In this document: positions 55,829-57,074 of the stretch, piece by piece
How positions within the stretch are numbered: position 1 is the first letter of the stretch
Layout: each line of letters opens with the position of its first letter
Virus record (IMG/VR): IMGVR_UViG_3300006735_000038
Coordinates: 1 to 57,074 of that record
Direction: 5' to 3' (one strand)
Length of the DNA: 57,074 bases
Source: a virus
Taxonomy: Duplodnaviria; Caudoviricetes
Notes under the pieces: generated by a model
Databases searched by the model: none
Told to the model about the DNA's origin: nothing
The model's input: only the letters and a program-made list of their open reading frames with translations
Program-made: the position numbers and the translations under genes

Positions 55829-56803
55829 ATGAATAAAGATCAATTACTTAGTGATGCACTAAATCAAATAGAAAAAGAATTTGGCACAGGAACTGTCATG
55901 CGATTAGGTGATGCCAGTTCAATGGAAATAGAAACAATATCCACAGGATCAATTGCGCTTGATATTGCGCTTGGAGTTGGCGGATTACCTAAAGGCCGTG
56001 TATGTGAAATATATGGTCCGGAGTCATCTGGAAAAACAACGTTAGCTTTGCATGTAGTTGCTGAAGCACAAAAACTTGGTGGATCTTGCGCATTTATTGA
56101 CGCAGAACACGCACTAGACCCTGTATACGCTAAGGCTATTGGGTGTGACGTAGAAAACTTGCTAGTAAGTCAGCCGGACACTGGGGAACAAGCACTGACT
56201 ATTACTAACAAACTTATTGAATCCGGTGCAATCGATGTTATCGTTGTAGACTCTGTTGCTGCCCTAACACCTGCAAAAGAAATTGAAGGTGAGATGGGTG
56301 ACAGTTTCGTGGGGCTTCACGCAAGGCTGATGTCCCAAGCCATGCGCAAGATAGTGGCTAACCTAAACAACTCTAAGACGATCCTTATAATGATTAATCA
56401 AATTAGAGAAAAGATCGGTGTCATGTTTGGTTCACCTGAGACAACAACAGGTGGGCGTGCTTTGAAGTTTTACTCATCTGTTCGATTAGACATTCGACGA
56501 ATAGAAACACTTAAAGCAGAGGGCGAAGCTTCAGGAAACAAAACAAGAGTTAAAGTTGTGAAGAACAAAGTTGCCCCTCCGTTTAGACAAGCAGAGTTTG
56601 AAATAACCTATGGAGAAGGAATTAGTAGAACTGGAGACATTGTTGATATCGGCGCATCATTAGGAATACTCGATAAAAAGGGTGCTTGGTATGCTTACAA
56701 CGGTGAAAATATTGGTCAAGGAAGAGTGAACACAAAAGCTTTTCTTGATGAAAATGTTGATATTAGAGAAGAAATAGCAGATAAGATATATGCCTCGATT
56801 TGA
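55829..56803 (+). CDS. recA: Recombinase RecA
   Basis: [71 protein letters not shown]. Confidence 0.97.
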   Translation: MNKDQLLSDALNQIEKEFGTGTVMRLGDASSMEIETISTGSIALDIALGVGGLPKGRVCEIYGPESSGKTTLALHVVAEAQKLGGSCAFIDAEHALDPVYAKAIGCDVENLLVSQPDTGEQALTITNKLIESGAIDVIVVDSVAALTPAKEIEGEMGDSFVGLHARLMSQAMRKIVANLNNSKTILIMINQIREKIGVMFGSPETTTGGRALKFYSSVRLDIRRIETLKAEGEASGNKTRVKVVKNKVAPPFRQAEFEITYGEGISRTGDIVDIGASLGILDKKGAWYAYNGENIGQGRVNTKAFLDENVDIREEIADKIYASI

Positions 56804-56828
56804 CATCTGGTAACATATAGTGTAATCT
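56800..56828 (+). promoter_or_regulatory. Sigma70-type promoter
   Basis: TTGACA-N17-TAATCT overlapping the recA stop. Confidence 0.65.
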
Positions 56829-56855
56829 CGTAATATCAACCAAGGGGATTACACC

Positions 56856-57074
56856 ATGAAAAATAAAAAAATAACCAGAAGAAAAAAATCATCAAAAGTT
56901 AGAGAAGAATGGGCGCACCTTCCTGTAGAAAAGCGACCTGTAATTTTAGACGAACTCAAAGTAAAGGGATTCAGATATCCTTTAGAACGAAACAGAGTTT
57001 TTAAAGTCAATGCCAACAAGCGTCATGCTGGTAGGGGCTGGTGGAAGTGCAAACGAATAATTCAATGGCCCGAT
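56856..57074 (+). CDS. Hypothetical basic protein, truncated by the window end
   Basis: AAGGGG RBS; MKNKKITRRKKSSKVREEWAHLP... open to the end of the window. Confidence 0.55.
   Translation, partial: MKNKKITRRKKSSKVREEWAHLPVEKRPVILDELKVKGFRYPLERNRVFKVNANKRHAGRGWWKCKRIIQWPD

Noticed and set aside
15831-56803. Inteins or introns in nrdJ, terL or recA
   Set aside because: All three are normal length with contiguous motifs and no visible intein or homing-endonuclease insert.
1-57074. Integrase, transposase, reverse transcriptase/DGR or prophage boundary
   Set aside because: No such motifs or long near-identical repeat pairs were seen; recA is flanked by phage-like orphans rather than host housekeeping genes.

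Overview
This window is part of a large, AT-rich tailed dsDNA phage with a contractile tail (sheath and tube). It probably infects a low-GC actinobacterium, judging from a WhiB gene and many leaderless TAnnnT-N6/7-ATG starts. The minus strand from about 41.1 kb down to base 1 carries an HK97-type morphogenesis module: portal, MuF, prohead protease, major capsid, adaptor and neck genes, sheath, tube, endolysin, tail chaperone and the probable start of the tape measure. This module is heavily expanded. About 17 kb of modular head-associated genes lie between protease and capsid, including a 3,497-aa ORF that probably joins its upstream neighbour across an A9 run (~4,100 aa) and ends in GNAT-like and HipA-like kinase domains. 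A 2,366-aa polyvalent protein (DEDDh nuclease, HExxH, DUF3626-like) sits between neck and sheath genes, and a class II RNR island sits after the capsid gene. The terminase large subunit is inverted relative to the portal. The right third holds ParB/IbrAB-like genes, nucleases, recombination genes (Rad52-like, RecB-like, RecA), WhiB, and glycosyltransferase, dioxygenase, deacetylase and methyltransferase genes. The best candidates for something new are a promoter-driven, densely base-paired ~400-nt non-coding RNA (52640-53045), the giant virion-associated enzyme/toxin proteins with shared small modules, and a NodS/NodB/GT2/dioxygenase operon. All family names come from motif recognition by eye, not from database searches.
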